From the NCBI GenBank assembly GCA_963751515.1, contig CAVVUR010000004.1:47640-111639 (forward strand): 64,000 nucleotides of DNA, read 5' to 3'. The first letter of the stretch is position 1. Each line of letters starts with the position of its first letter. Shown one piece after another: positions 9,062-18,813 of the stretch. Made by a program: the position numbers and the translations under genes. The stretch comes from an uncultured delta proteobacterium (lineage in GTDB: Bacteria > Desulfobacterota > WTBG01). The notes under the pieces were generated by a model that saw nothing but the letters and a program-made list of their open reading frames with translations, did not search any database and was not told where the DNA came from.

Positions 9062-9374
9062 AATTGTTCAGTACACTCCGTATGTGCGCCATTGTGGCCC
9101 CCTGTATATCAAAGCACAGTAGAAATGATTCTTGCCTTAAGTGTCTTGAACAGTACTTGAGTTGAAAATGGCCAAATTCTCTAACATGTCAACTCAAGTC
9201 AATCCCTAGACCTTTGGTAGGCACACCACTTAAAATCTGCATCACAATGAGGACATGGATTTGAAAATGCACTTCTACCGAAGTCCTCCATAAACTATGA
9301 CTCATCTGCCCCCTCTACATAATGATCAAAGTTGGCAGCACATCCACAAGCTTCACCAAAATCATTAACGATTT

Positions 9375-10310
9375 CTAATACAAAAAGGAATCCGCTCCAT
9401 CAGTAATAACAACAATTATAATTGTATTTCCTAACGTTACTTGACTAATATTTCCATGAGCAGCCATAAGAGAATCTGCATGTTCAGCCGAATAAGCAAA
9501 TACAAATAGGATTTGCTTATACCAGGCATCTTCTGCCGCCACATTATTTGTACTGTAAATAATATCATTTAATCTGGCTTCAAGTAGAGCGGTTGCAGCT
9601 TCGACAGTAAAAGGTGATCCTGGAGGATAGCTCAAGGCCCTTGTTACAGAAACACCAATTTTATGACCATCAATCTCCACAAGTAAATCAGTTCTTTTTC
9701 CACCAGGATCAATATATACTATTTCACTCTCTGTTTTTAATAATTGGGCTAGTTCAGCCCGGTATAAAAAATCATAGGCAAAAGCTTCTGACATGTTATT
9801 ATTATTATCGTAATATACTTCCTGGGCACCAGTACTTAACAAACCGAGAAGACTGACGTCAAATAATACCGTTCCAAAATCAATGCTTGCGTTAAAATAA
9901 AACGACTCATTAGATGTAATCTCATTGGAGTTTATTATATCAGGCACACCAGAAATAGTTCCAAAACCATTAAGATAATAACTTGTCAAACTTTGACAAC
10001 TACCACCGATACATATTGCCCCTGTCCCACAAATCGTCCCACCAAGACATGCTTCATTTACACCACAATGTTCTCTATCTGTATCGGGATCAACGCACTT
10101 ATCACCGCAGTCCACCATTCCATATGGACAGTATTCACAAGGACCGCAGTCTGGATTTAGGAATTCCCCTTTTAATGTTACTAAATCCGTCAAATTCACT
10201 TTCTGGTCACAATTGGTGTCAGCCAGACAGGATGCGGCCTGTACAGTTGATGATGAGAATAAGAATAACCCTGCTACCACTGCTAGTACTGCGATCTTTT
10301 TTCTACCCAT
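9375..10310 (-). CDS. Secreted hypothetical protein with an N-terminal half-dockerin-like Cys-bracketed module and a Cys-rich linker
   Basis: Signal peptide MGRKKIAVLAVVAGLFLFSSSTVQA, followed by CLADTNCDQKVNLTDLVTLKGEFLNPDCGPC and CPYGMVDCGDKCVDPDTDREHCGVNEACLGGTICGTGAICIGGSCQ. I do not recognise the roughly 200-aa C-terminal domain. The start lies 18 nt downstream of the preceding stop, which suggests an operon. Confidence 0.7.
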   Translation of the reverse strand: MGRKKIAVLAVVAGLFLFSSSTVQAASCLADTNCDQKVNLTDLVTLKGEFLNPDCGPCEYCPYGMVDCGDKCVDPDTDREHCGVNEACLGGTICGTGAICIGGSCQSLTSYYLNGFGTISGVPDIINSNEITSNESFYFNASIDFGTVLFDVSLLGLLSTGAQEVYYDNNNNMSEAFAYDFLYRAELAQLLKTESEIVYIDPGGKRTDLLVEIDGHKIGVSVTRALSYPPGSPFTVEAATALLEARLNDIIYSTNNVAAEDAWYKQILFVFAYSAEHADSLMAAHGNISQVTLGNTIIIVVITDGADSFLY

Positions 10311-10327
10311 TTTCTACCTCCTTTTGT

Positions 10328-13300
10328 TCAGAAGCACACCGGGCAGCCAGTCTTATTAAATTCGGACTTCATCGTCACCAGATCAGAAAGATTGACTTTA
10401 TTGTCGTAGTTGCAGTCAGCCTGACAGGGGATGGTGGCACAGTTAGTCCGGCCAAACTCTCCCTTCATGATGACCAGATCAGAAAGATTAACCTTGGTAT
10501 CATTGTTACAATCTGCAAGGCACTCGCAGGCATCACCACAGCCGTTGGTCTGAGGCGGGTAGCTGTCTTGCTGGAAGGGATTGGAGACTGCAGGGCAATT
10601 GTCCTCATTATTAACAATGCCATCGCCATCAGTATCAGTGCCGGTAACCTCACAGGCATCACCGCATTTAGGATCAGAGGTGTAAGGTGTAGTAGTCGGG
10701 CAGTCAGAGTCTGAGTCAACCTGGCTGGTATTGGATACACCCCAGCAGTTGTCACAGGCATTGCCTAAGGTATCAGAATCACTGTTTGCCTGGCTTTCAT
10801 TGGTAATGGTGGGGCAGTTGTCACAGGCATTGCCTAGACCATCCCCGTCGGTGTCTTCCTGTCCCGGGTTAGCAATATCAGGGCAATTGTCCGTAATATC
10901 AGGTATCCCGTCACTATCCACATCTCCGCTGTATGCCAATACCGTCCCGTTATCCCCAACCGCAAATACATCGGTGGAAGACGCACCCCATAAGCCATAG
11001 AGGTCACTTCCTGTTTCAGACTTCCTCACACACCATTCTGTGCCATCATACTGGGCGATTACTCCTCCAAACCCTACTGCAAAAATATCTCCTCCCGGTT
11101 CTCCCCACATGGCATTGAGGGTGCTCTCGGTGGGCCCACCGGTCTGTGTCCAGTCTATCCCGTCATAGCGGAGAATGCCCCCAAAACTCCCTGCTGCCCA
11201 CATGTCATCTGCTTCACCCCAGGAACTCATCAGGGTCACCCCGTTCGCTGTCTCCTCCATCTGCCAACCGATGCCATCATAGTGAAGTACTGTCCGCTTC
11301 CAGTAGCCGTCCATGTGGCTGTTTCCCACCGCATAGACATCGGTCGAAGAATTACCAAAAACCCCGAGCAGCTTTACCGTGGTGCCGCTGTTCATGCCTG
11401 ACCAGGTAGCCCCATTATAGTGTCTGATGGTTCCAGAATCCCCTACGGCAAAGATATCGGTTGAAGAACTGCCCCAAATTGCATTGAGTCCATTTGAGGG
11501 ATTGCTCATGGAGGACCAGGATGAACCTCCGTTTACTGTCTTCAGTATCTTCCCACTTGCTCCTACCGCATACACCTCGGTTCCTGATATTCCCCATACT
11601 CCTTTAAGGTTGTTGGTGGTGGTGCTTGTCTGGGTACTCCAGTCACTCCCATCGTAATGGATGATTGTACCCCCATCTCCCACGGCAAAGACATTATCTG
11701 AAGAACTTCCCCACACCCCATGCAGCAACCGGGTGGTCCCGGTATCCATCGATACCCAGTAGGTATCCGGATCAGGGGGTGAGGTGGGGCAGTCAAGGGT
11801 GAAGGGATACTGAGAAGTGGTCGGCACGGTGATGCCGGTTACTTCTGTGGGATCGGTGCTGCACTCAGATGCGGTAATGATAGGCTTAATTCTGTAATCA
11901 TTCCCGGAACTGAGGCCAGTAAAATGGTAGTTGCCTCCCGAGTCGGTTGTTGCCGTCTGTCGTAAGGTGGTACCCTTAAACAGTTTCACCACCATGTTCT
12001 GCACCCCTTTGTCGTTCTCCCTGGGAATGGTGCCAATCATGTACGGTTTTAGTTATCGTTCCTGATAGGCACCCTTCATACCCGGGGTTGGGCAAGAGGT
12101 AGGTGGCATGGTCAATAAGCGAGTTATTGTTGGGAAGGCCTACGGTGATCTCCTGGGAGAGATAGCCGGTAGCGGTCAATGACAGGGGATAGGTTCCCCC
12201 CTGGGCTTGAAGCGGGGGGTAGATGCCCTGGGAGTTGGTGTATTGGGTCTGGTATTCAGCCCCGTCTTTATCAAACTCAACGGTAACATTATTGATTGCT
12301 CCCCCGGTGCAGGCATTGCAGATCCTTCCCTGGACAGAGGGGCCGGTAAGGCTTAAGATGTTCCCATCATAGCCAACCACCATCACCCGGGGATTTAAGG
12401 TGCCGAAGGTGGAGATGAGGCTGTCCTGTGTGCCGGTATCCATCTTAGTCCAGCCACTACCATTATAGTAGAGGATACTCCCGTACTCTCCTACTGCAAA
12501 GATATTGTCTGCCGAGCTTCCCCAGATACCCCTCAATGTTGCCGAGGTGGGGCTTGTTATCTCAGACCAACTTGTCCGTTATAGTGGATGATGGTGCCGC
12601 TTCTCACCCACCGCATAGATGTTATCCGAAGCATTTCCCCAGATCTCGGAGAGGTTATGCGGTGGTGGGGCTTGTCACGTAGACCAGCTTGAGCCGTCAT
12701 ATTTAACAATAGTACCAACTTCACCCACGGCAAAATAGTTATTGGAGGCATCACCCCAGATGCCGTTAAGTTTCGATGCGATGTGGCTTGTTACCTGCCA
12801 GCTTGAGCCGTTGTAATGGGCAATGTATCCTCCGTCACCTACAACATACACATCACTTGCCGAACTTCCCCATACATCTCTGAAATTACTAGCAGGTAAA
12901 CCGTGGTGTATACTAGTCCAACTGCCGTTGTATCGTGACGATGGTTCCATTATCTCCCACGGCATAGAGGATGTGACGACGCCATCCCGGAGTTTCCCCA
13001 GATACCTATAAATCCTCTGCGGTAGGGCTGACGGTTGTGGTCCAGGTGGTACCGTCAAAGTGGAAGACTGGTCCCGTTTTCACCCACTGTATAGAATTTA
13101 TGAGTTGACCCGACAGAATAACCCCAGACCCCATTAAGTTTCTCCTGCGAAGGGGTCTCCATGGGAAACCAGTCGCCGGCAAAGCACTGCTCTTCGATCT
13201 GGACTGCTGAGGATTGAGGAATAACAGATGTATCGGTAATAACAGGAGATGGTATTGTGATAAGGGCGTTACTGTTTACACCGGAAACTGAGGTTCCTGT

Positions 13301-14499
13301 TACAATAGCATCGCTTGTGCCTTCAATGCCACAGTTATTGATATTTCCATTACTGTCAAGCTTCAGTATCCACATATCAGTATTTCCAGCCCCAAAGTCG
13401 TAATAACCCGCCACAATATAGCCACCATCTGTGGTCTGCTGGATGGAGGCGGCAAAATCGATATCACTCCCCCCAAACGTTTTCTGCCAGGAGACCATGC
13501 CCGTTTGATCGAGCTTCAGTATCCACATATCCCCATTAACCCCAAAGGAGCCAGTAAGCCCCGCCACAATGTAGCCACCATCACTGGTCTGCCGGATCGA
13601 GGGATAAGCATCAGTACCACTTCCCCCATAGGTTTTCTGCCAAGAGACCGTGCCTGTTTGATCAAGCTTCAGGATCCACAGATCATAACTTCCAGCCCCA
13701 AAGGAGTATGTTACACCCGCCACAATATAGCCACCATCACTGGTCTGCTGGATGGAATTGACTGTATCTTCACTGCTCCCACCGTATGTTTTCTGCCAGG
13801 AGACCGTGCCCGTTTGATCAAGCTTAAGGATCCAACCATCATAATCTCCAGCCCCAAAAGAGTCAGTAGCACCCGCCACAATATAACCTCCATCCCTGGT
13901 CTGCTGGATGGAAGTGAACTCCCGGAAATCCCGACCACCTCCCCCGTAGGTTTTCTGCCATGAAACATTACCATTCTGATCGAGCTTCAGTATCCACATA
14001 TCCTGATCTCCAGCCCCAAAGGAGAAAGTATACCCAGCCACAATATAGCCACCATCACTGGTCTGCTGGATTGAGTAGGCAGCTTCAGGATCAATACCCC
14101 CGTAAGCTTTCTGCCAGGAGACCGTGCCCGTTTGATCAAGCTTCAGGATCAGCATATCATCATCTCCAGCCCCAAAGGATTTAGTAGAACCCGCCACAAT
14201 ATAGCCACCATCTCTGGTCTGCTGGATGGAGAAGGCATATTCATAATCAATACCCCCGTAGGTTTTCTGCCAGGAGACCGTGCCCGTTTGATCAAGCTTA
14301 AGGATCAGCATATCACCGTCCTACAGTAATAACCCGCCACAATATAGCCACCATCTGTGGTCTGCTGGATGGAGGCGGCCATTTCCATAAAAGCATCCCC
14401 GTAGGTTCTTGCCCACTGGGTTGCTAAACAGTCCTGAATCAATAGTGATAGAGATAAGAAAATAAAAATGGTGAGTGTGAGAGAAAACCTTTTTGTCAT
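10328..14499 (-). pseudogene. Giant secreted surface protein (about 1390 aa if intact) broken by at least 6 frameshifts: signal peptide, 8 SBBP-like beta-propeller repeats, further propeller repeats, two CarboxypepD_reg-like domains, TSP3 repeats, C-terminal double dockerin-like module
   Basis: ORF-track pieces 14305-14499, 13055-14311, 12675-13058, 12557-12754, 11976-12536 and 10328-12040 are co-linear parts of one protein. They run from MTKRFSLTLTIFIFLSLSLLIQDCLA (signal peptide) through SIQQT.DGGYIVAG.T.SFGAG..D.WILKLDQTGTVSWQKTYGG repeated 8 times, ...L.GIWG.S..D.YAVG..GTI..Y.GS.W... repeats and ...DSDGIPDITDNCPDIANPGQEDTDGDGLGNACDNCP..., ending in ...CLADCNNDTKVNLSDLVIMKGEFGRTNCATIPCQADCNYDNKVNLSDLVTMKSEFNKTGCPVCF. 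Frame switches occur near 14320, 13069, several between 12550 and 13000, and near 12040. Between 12550 and 13070 all three frames are used within about 100 bp. Confidence 0.7.
13370..14400 (-). repeat. In-frame tandem coding repeats, period about 156-165 bp, 8 units
   Basis: (M/W)ILKLDQ recurs every 52-55 aa in the 13055-14311 translation, and the DNA-level similarity between units is obvious (ATCAAGCTTCAGGATCC / GATCGAGCTTCAGTATCCACATATC variants). Confidence 0.85.
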
Positions 14500-14576
14500 G
14501 ATGGTGGTCTCCTTAAAAGAAAATGAAGCATTGGAGTGGTGGAGTGATTGTTAATACCCCCATTAATATAAAAAAT

Positions 14577-14618
14577 CCCACCCTTCCTCAAAGAACCTAA
14601 TCCTTGGAGAAGATGGGG
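14577..14618 (-). promoter_or_regulatory. Conserved 5'-leader stem-loop, copy 3 (more diverged)
   Basis: Plus strand reads CCCACCCTTCCTCAAAGAACCTAATCCTTGGAGAAGATGGGG, 78-119 nt upstream of the ATG at 14499. The box order and pairing potential match copies 1 and 2. Confidence 0.35.
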
Positions 14619-14960
14619 CATTTATAAAATACCGCTATTGCACCATCCCATCCCTAAATACTAATATACGGATATTAAACTATTATATTATAATCCAATC
14701 ATAGTTTACTTTTTAAGTCAAGCTTAGTTTTTCAAAAACTCCCGACTTAATTATGGCTTATTGTGCCACAGAAAACCATCCACAGAAATCATCGTCTTGT
14801 TTTCTTTGACGCATCTATATATCGCAGTAGTGATCTGATTCAAAAAATTTATACTACTACCATCTATACGTAACAAAAGGAACTTGGGCAGGCGTAAATA
14901 CTACTTTGCGAAACATTGAATGTGGATGACCTGTGATCGTGCGCGGAACAAGAAGAAAAC

Positions 14961-15046
14961 GGTGGCAGATAGCACGATTCAAAACATGCAGTGTACCGCC
15001 TTTAAGCAGAGCGGTATAGCAACATGGAATAGCGAGACCTTACCCC
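14961..15046. repeat. Nested palindromic intergenic repeat, copy 1 (degenerate)
   Basis: GGTGGCAGATAGCACGATTCAAAACATGCAGTGTACCGC-CTTTAAGCAGA-GCGGTATAGCAACATGGAATAGCGAGACCTTACCCC. It lies just 3' of the 15065 stop and is related to 17955-18029 and 38639-38723. Confidence 0.55.
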
Positions 15047-15064
15047 GAAGTTATTGATGGAATG

Positions 15065-16348
15065 CTATCCTTCGGCTTCGCGGGCGCTGCCGGTCTGTGT
15101 GCCGAGTGAATCAATAACCGCCTCTGCGGCCCGGCGGCCTGTGACCATGGCCCACTGGATCGATGCAGCGGAGCGGTATTCTCCGCAGATGAACAGACGG
15201 GGACGGATTTGCGTAGGTACTGAGGAGGGATCTGAGACAGGAGGAATTTGAAGGGGCAGGGCGTGAGGGATACGGTAGGCGCGTAAATAACGCCAGTTGC
15301 CTACACGCGGCCCGAACCATTCATGTAACTGGGCCCTGACGCTTTTTTCAAGCTGCTGATCGTTCCGGTCAGGATTGCCCAAAACGGTTACACTGATAAG
15401 AGACCTTCCTTGCGGTGCGTAGTCGGGGGCCACGCTGCTCGGTGAACAGAGACTGTTGACAGGTCCCCGTCCGTCACCATTGAGTATCAGTACAGGTCCT
15501 GAAACCGGGGGCTCATCAGCGCTGTAGTAAATGCAGCTTGCGCTGCGGGATCCGGGTTTTTCTTTGTCACCCAGAAGCCGTGCTGCTTCGTGTCCCTCGG
15601 TTGCCACAACCACTGCCTGAGCGTTTATCTTTTCTCCGCTCATGAGGGTCACTCCGTCTTCCTGAATCGATGCGACCCGTGCCTCTGTCCGCACACGTCC
15701 TGCAGGCAGTCGGGCGGCAATCTGGTCCGGAATCGCTCCCATTCCCGCCGAGGGCAGCGCTGTATCGCCCAGTGAAAAGAAGCGAAACCCGAATTCGAGC
15801 ATCCGGCTGGAGACGCCGAGCGCCGGATCAAAGAAGACCCCTCCAATGAAAGGTCTGAAGAACCGGTCGATCATGTCTTCCGAAAAGCCGATGCTGCGAA
15901 GAGCCTGAAGGCTTGTGGTTTCCGGTCGATTGTAGATATCTTCAAGCGAACCGGCCAGGGCCTGTCGTCTGAGTTTCCCGATCCGGAGCTTGTCCGTGAG
16001 ATTTCCTATGGGTGCGAAGATGCCGCGCAGGCCGTCCATTGGATGGCGCCAGGGATCTGCGAAACGGTAGAATCGGTTCCGGTAGTGGATCAAAGCGCCC
16101 GGATAGAAGCTGCAAAGATTGAGGGCATCATAGTCAAGGACGCGTTGCGCCTCTGGATAAGCGGCCAACAGTACCTGGAATCCGTGGTCCAGTAAAAAAC
16201 CATCCACCCTGTCAGTTTTAATCCTTCCACCGATCCGGTTATCAGCCTCCAGCACCTGAAATGAAAGCCTCTCCTGCTGCAATCGCAGCGCACAGCACAA
16301 ACCTGCGATCCCGCCGCCAACAATCAGAACATCAGCCCCGGATGCCAT
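15065..16348 (-). CDS. FAD-dependent oxidoreductase of the amine-oxidase / phytoene-desaturase / protoporphyrinogen-oxidase-like superfamily
   Basis: The likely start is the ATG at 16348 (SD GGAGG 9 nt upstream) rather than the listed 16459. The N-terminus is MASGADVLIVGGGIAGLCCALRLQQERLSFQVLEADNRIGGRI (GxGxxG followed by an acidic residue and the GGR motif). The C-terminus ...LFICGEY...SIQWAMVTGRRAAE is typical of this family. Confidence 0.75.
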   Translation of the reverse strand: MASGADVLIVGGGIAGLCCALRLQQERLSFQVLEADNRIGGRIKTDRVDGFLLDHGFQVLLAAYPEAQRVLDYDALNLCSFYPGALIHYRNRFYRFADPWRHPMDGLRGIFAPIGNLTDKLRIGKLRRQALAGSLEDIYNRPETTSLQALRSIGFSEDMIDRFFRPFIGGVFFDPALGVSSRMLEFGFRFFSLGDTALPSAGMGAIPDQIAARLPAGRVRTEARVASIQEDGVTLMSGEKINAQAVVVATEGHEAARLLGDKEKPGSRSASCIYYSADEPPVSGPVLILNGDGRGPVNSLCSPSSVAPDYAPQGRSLISVTVLGNPDRNDQQLEKSVRAQLHEWFGPRVGNWRYLRAYRIPHALPLQIPPVSDPSSVPTQIRPRLFICGEYRSAASIQWAMVTGRRAAEAVIDSLGTQTGSAREAEG

Positions 16349-16490
16349 TTCCTGTATCCTCCAATGCGAAAGCCGCATTATTAGGATTGCCAAAATGAAA
16401 TGAACCATGTAAAAATAGTATCCGAGCCGTCGGCGGGGTGTCAAGATGAAATATTGCAATGGCCGACGCTTTTCTCAATCAGTTAGGGGG

Positions 16491-16952
16491 ATGATGCCGA
16501 TGAAAAAAACAGCGCAGTTGAGGGCATTTCTCAAGGACCTTTTCACCTCCCAGCGACTGGCGGTCCTGGCCACACAGAATAGAGGGGAACCCTATGGGAG
16601 CCTTATCGCCTTTATGGCCACTGATGACCTGAAGCGCATACTCTTTGCCACGACCCGGGCCACCCGGAAGTACGACTATATGTCAAGCAATCCGCGGATT
16701 GCCATGGTGGTGGACAACCGGTCCAACCGGGAAGCTGATTTCCATCAGGCCGCTGCGGTTACCATCACGGGAGTGGTAAGTGATTTGGAAGGCGCGGAAC
16801 GGGAAAAGTTCCAGAAACTCTATCTTTTAAAACATCCCTACCTCAGGGATTTTGTTTCCTCTCCCACCTGCGCGCTGTTGAAGGTGGATGTAGAAACCTA
16901 CTACGTGGTGAGCCGGTTTCAAAATGTGGTGGAGTTGCATATAAAGAGATGA
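16491..16952 (+). CDS. PNPOx-like split-barrel FMN-binding family protein
   Basis: ...SQRLAVLATQNRGEPYGSLIAFMATDDLKRILFATTRATRKYDYMSSNPRIAMVVDNRS...VTITGVV... follows the pyridoxamine-5'-phosphate-oxidase-related fold pattern. The start is ambiguous (listed 16446; ATGs at 16491, 16494 and 16500 follow GGGGGA). Confidence 0.6.
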   Translation: MMPMKKTAQLRAFLKDLFTSQRLAVLATQNRGEPYGSLIAFMATDDLKRILFATTRATRKYDYMSSNPRIAMVVDNRSNREADFHQAAAVTITGVVSDLEGAEREKFQKLYLLKHPYLRDFVSSPTCALLKVDVETYYVVSRFQNVVELHIKR

Positions 16953-17152
16953 ATTGCATCATTGCGCTTCGCGAGATTGACGACAGGGACAGGGAGGAGG
17001 TTGGAGGGAAGGCCTTGTCCCTTGCGCGCCTCTGCCGGATGGGAATGCATGTTCCGGAAGCGTTCTGCGTGAAGGCAGCGGCCTATCATTCATTTCTTGC
17101 CGCCGCCGGTCTCAAGGAGCGTGCTCGCAGTTTGTCAAATCTGAGGAGATAG
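16949..17152 (+). pseudogene. 67-aa ORF resembling only the extreme N-terminus of PEP-utilising enzymes (PEP synthase / pyruvate,water dikinase); a probable gene remnant
   Basis: MNCIIALREIDDRDREEVGGKALSLARLCRMGMHVPEAFCVKAAAYHSFLAAAGL matches the ...VGGKA.NL..L...G..VP.GF..T..AY..F pattern that opens roughly 800-aa PpsA-type enzymes. The ORF overlaps the upstream stop (ATGA) and abuts the downstream start. Confidence 0.4.
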
Positions 17153-17154
17153 TG

Positions 17155-17952
17155 ATGGCATCGGTCAATGCAAATGGAATTGAAATATATTATCAAACCA
17201 ATGGCAATGGGCCACCGCTAACCCTGATTATGGGACTGGGCTGTTCTGCCCGTCAATGGCAGTGGATGCTGCCGGTGTTGTCCACTGCCTTTCAGGTTAT
17301 CACTTTCGATAACCGGGGGGTAGGAAGAACCAGCAAGCCAGCGATGGAATACACAACAGATCTGTTTGCTGAAGACACCTGCGCTTTACTCAATGCCTTG
17401 GGCGTAGAAAAAACCCATATGTTTGGTGTTTCTGTGGGAGGAATGATCGCACAAAAGTTTGCGATACAATTTCCAGAGATGGTCGACCGCTTGGTTCTTG
17501 GTTGTACAATGCCTAATTTTTATCATTTGCCTCCCAAAGAGGAGGATTCCCAACGTTTGCAGGAGTCTCAGGTACTGCCCCTTGAAAAAGGTCTTGATGT
17601 AATGATGGGCCTGTTTCTTACGGAACATTTTTGCCGAGAACACCCTGATCAAGCGGCGAAGTTAAAAGAGATACTGCGAATCGAGAAAGAAGAACAGGGC
17701 CAGGAGGCGTTTCTCCTCCAGCTTGCTGCAGCAATGAATCATGATACACTGGAGCAGGTTCAGAATATTACGGCTCCTACCTTAGTTATTACAGGGAATT
17801 TAGATCCAATGGCGCCAGTTCAAAATTCGCGTTTTCTTGCCGAGAAGATTCCAAACAGCACATTGGCAGAAATTCCTGGGGTGCGTCATGCACTGTGGGT
17901 GGAAAGATTTGAAGAGTTTTCTGAGATCATTATAAAGTTTCTGAGTCATTAG
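17155..17952 (+). CDS. Alpha/beta-fold hydrolase
   Basis: GPPLTLIMGLGCS...FDNRGVGRT...MFGVSVGGMIAQ (GxSxG nucleophile elbow)...GVRHALWVE (catalytic His region). The listed start at 17152 is GTG; ATG follows at 17155. Confidence 0.8.
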   Translation: MASVNANGIEIYYQTNGNGPPLTLIMGLGCSARQWQWMLPVLSTAFQVITFDNRGVGRTSKPAMEYTTDLFAEDTCALLNALGVEKTHMFGVSVGGMIAQKFAIQFPEMVDRLVLGCTMPNFYHLPPKEEDSQRLQESQVLPLEKGLDVMMGLFLTEHFCREHPDQAAKLKEILRIEKEEQGQEAFLLQLAAAMNHDTLEQVQNITAPTLVITGNLDPMAPVQNSRFLAEKIPNSTLAEIPGVRHALWVERFEEFSEIIIKFLSH

Positions 17953-17954
17953 AA

Positions 17955-18029
17955 GGGGTCAGGTCTCAACATTCAACATTTTGTTTCAAAGCGGTACCGT
18001 GCATTGGTTGAATATTGAGACCTGACCCC
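17955..18029. repeat. Nested palindromic intergenic repeat, copy 2 (best preserved); a likely bidirectional terminator between convergent genes
   Basis: GGGGTCAGGTCTCAACATTCAAC (17955-17977) pairs with GTTGAATATTGAGACCTGACCCC (18007-18029) at 22 of 23 positions. The 29-nt centre contains GCGGTACCGTGC. Confidence 0.7.
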
Positions 18030-18037
18030 ATTTTCTA

Positions 18038-18652
18038 TTAACTCATTTTTTCAGCCAGCTCAAAGAGTTCTTTGAGGGATTCGGGAGTTGCAAAACCTTT
18101 TCCCTGCCATCGGATGATTCCCTCCTTGTCCAGCAGAAACGCATAGCCAAACCGTGCTTCAAGGTTCAATTCTTTCATGTATTTTTCCACATCACCGTAC
18201 ATGGTTACGACATTTTTATGTTTTTCCTTGGGGATTCCGCCGCGCATACCGCTATCAATGAGGAGCCGCATGAATTTATAACCCGAGGAAATCATCGGCA
18301 CCTCGTAAAAGGTGAACCCTTCCTTGCCGCCAAATCGTTCGGCAAATGGCCCGAGCCACGAATCAAGCTGCGGCTGGCTCTGCTGCAGGAAAGCAACAAC
18401 GATAAGCGCTACTTTCCCCTTTGCCGACTCCGGGATGGATTCGCTGGTTTTTGCCAGTGACTCTGCGGTGACTTCAGGAAACCGTTTTCCAATATTAGGG
18501 TTTACTTGATCAGTCATGCTGTCCCTCCTCACCGGTTGTTCCTCTTGTGCAGATGACGTGTCAAAGGATGTGTTACAAAAACTGCTTGCCAGGAGAACTC
18601 CAGCGCTACACAAAATAACCAAAAAAATTTTTACCAGATTATTAACAAGCAT
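18038..18652 (-). CDS. Hypothetical exported or lipoprotein-like protein (thioredoxin-fold-like, no CxxC motif)
   Basis: The likely start is the ATG at 18652 (SD GGAGGGG), giving MLVNNLVKIFLVILCSAGVLLASSFC. The remainder (...KVALIVVAFLQQSQPQLDSWL...FYEVPMI...GYAFLLDKEGIIRWQGKG) is redoxin-shaped but lacks the Cys pair. Confidence 0.5.
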   Translation of the reverse strand: MLVNNLVKIFLVILCSAGVLLASSFCNTSFDTSSAQEEQPVRRDSMTDQVNPNIGKRFPEVTAESLAKTSESIPESAKGKVALIVVAFLQQSQPQLDSWLGPFAERFGGKEGFTFYEVPMISSGYKFMRLLIDSGMRGGIPKEKHKNVVTMYGDVEKYMKELNLEARFGYAFLLDKEGIIRWQGKGFATPESLKELFELAEKMS

Positions 18653-18813
18653 TTTCCCCTCCAAATCGCAGAAAAGGTGGGTTGCGTTTTTTAATCTCAT
18701 GACAATAGAGCTGACGTGCGATCCATGTTCGCATGCTGCGCGATACATACCAGTGTTAGCGCAACGATGGAGCAGAGCGTGATATAACGCAGAACCACGG
18801 TAAGCAGATAAAT

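Noticed and set aside
300-14400. Regularly spaced repeats at 300-1215 and 13370-14400, considered as possible CRISPR or satellite arrays.
   Set aside because: The repeats are in-frame, 132-165 bp long and contiguous with no unique spacers, and they translate into protein blade repeats. They are coding repeats, not CRISPR.
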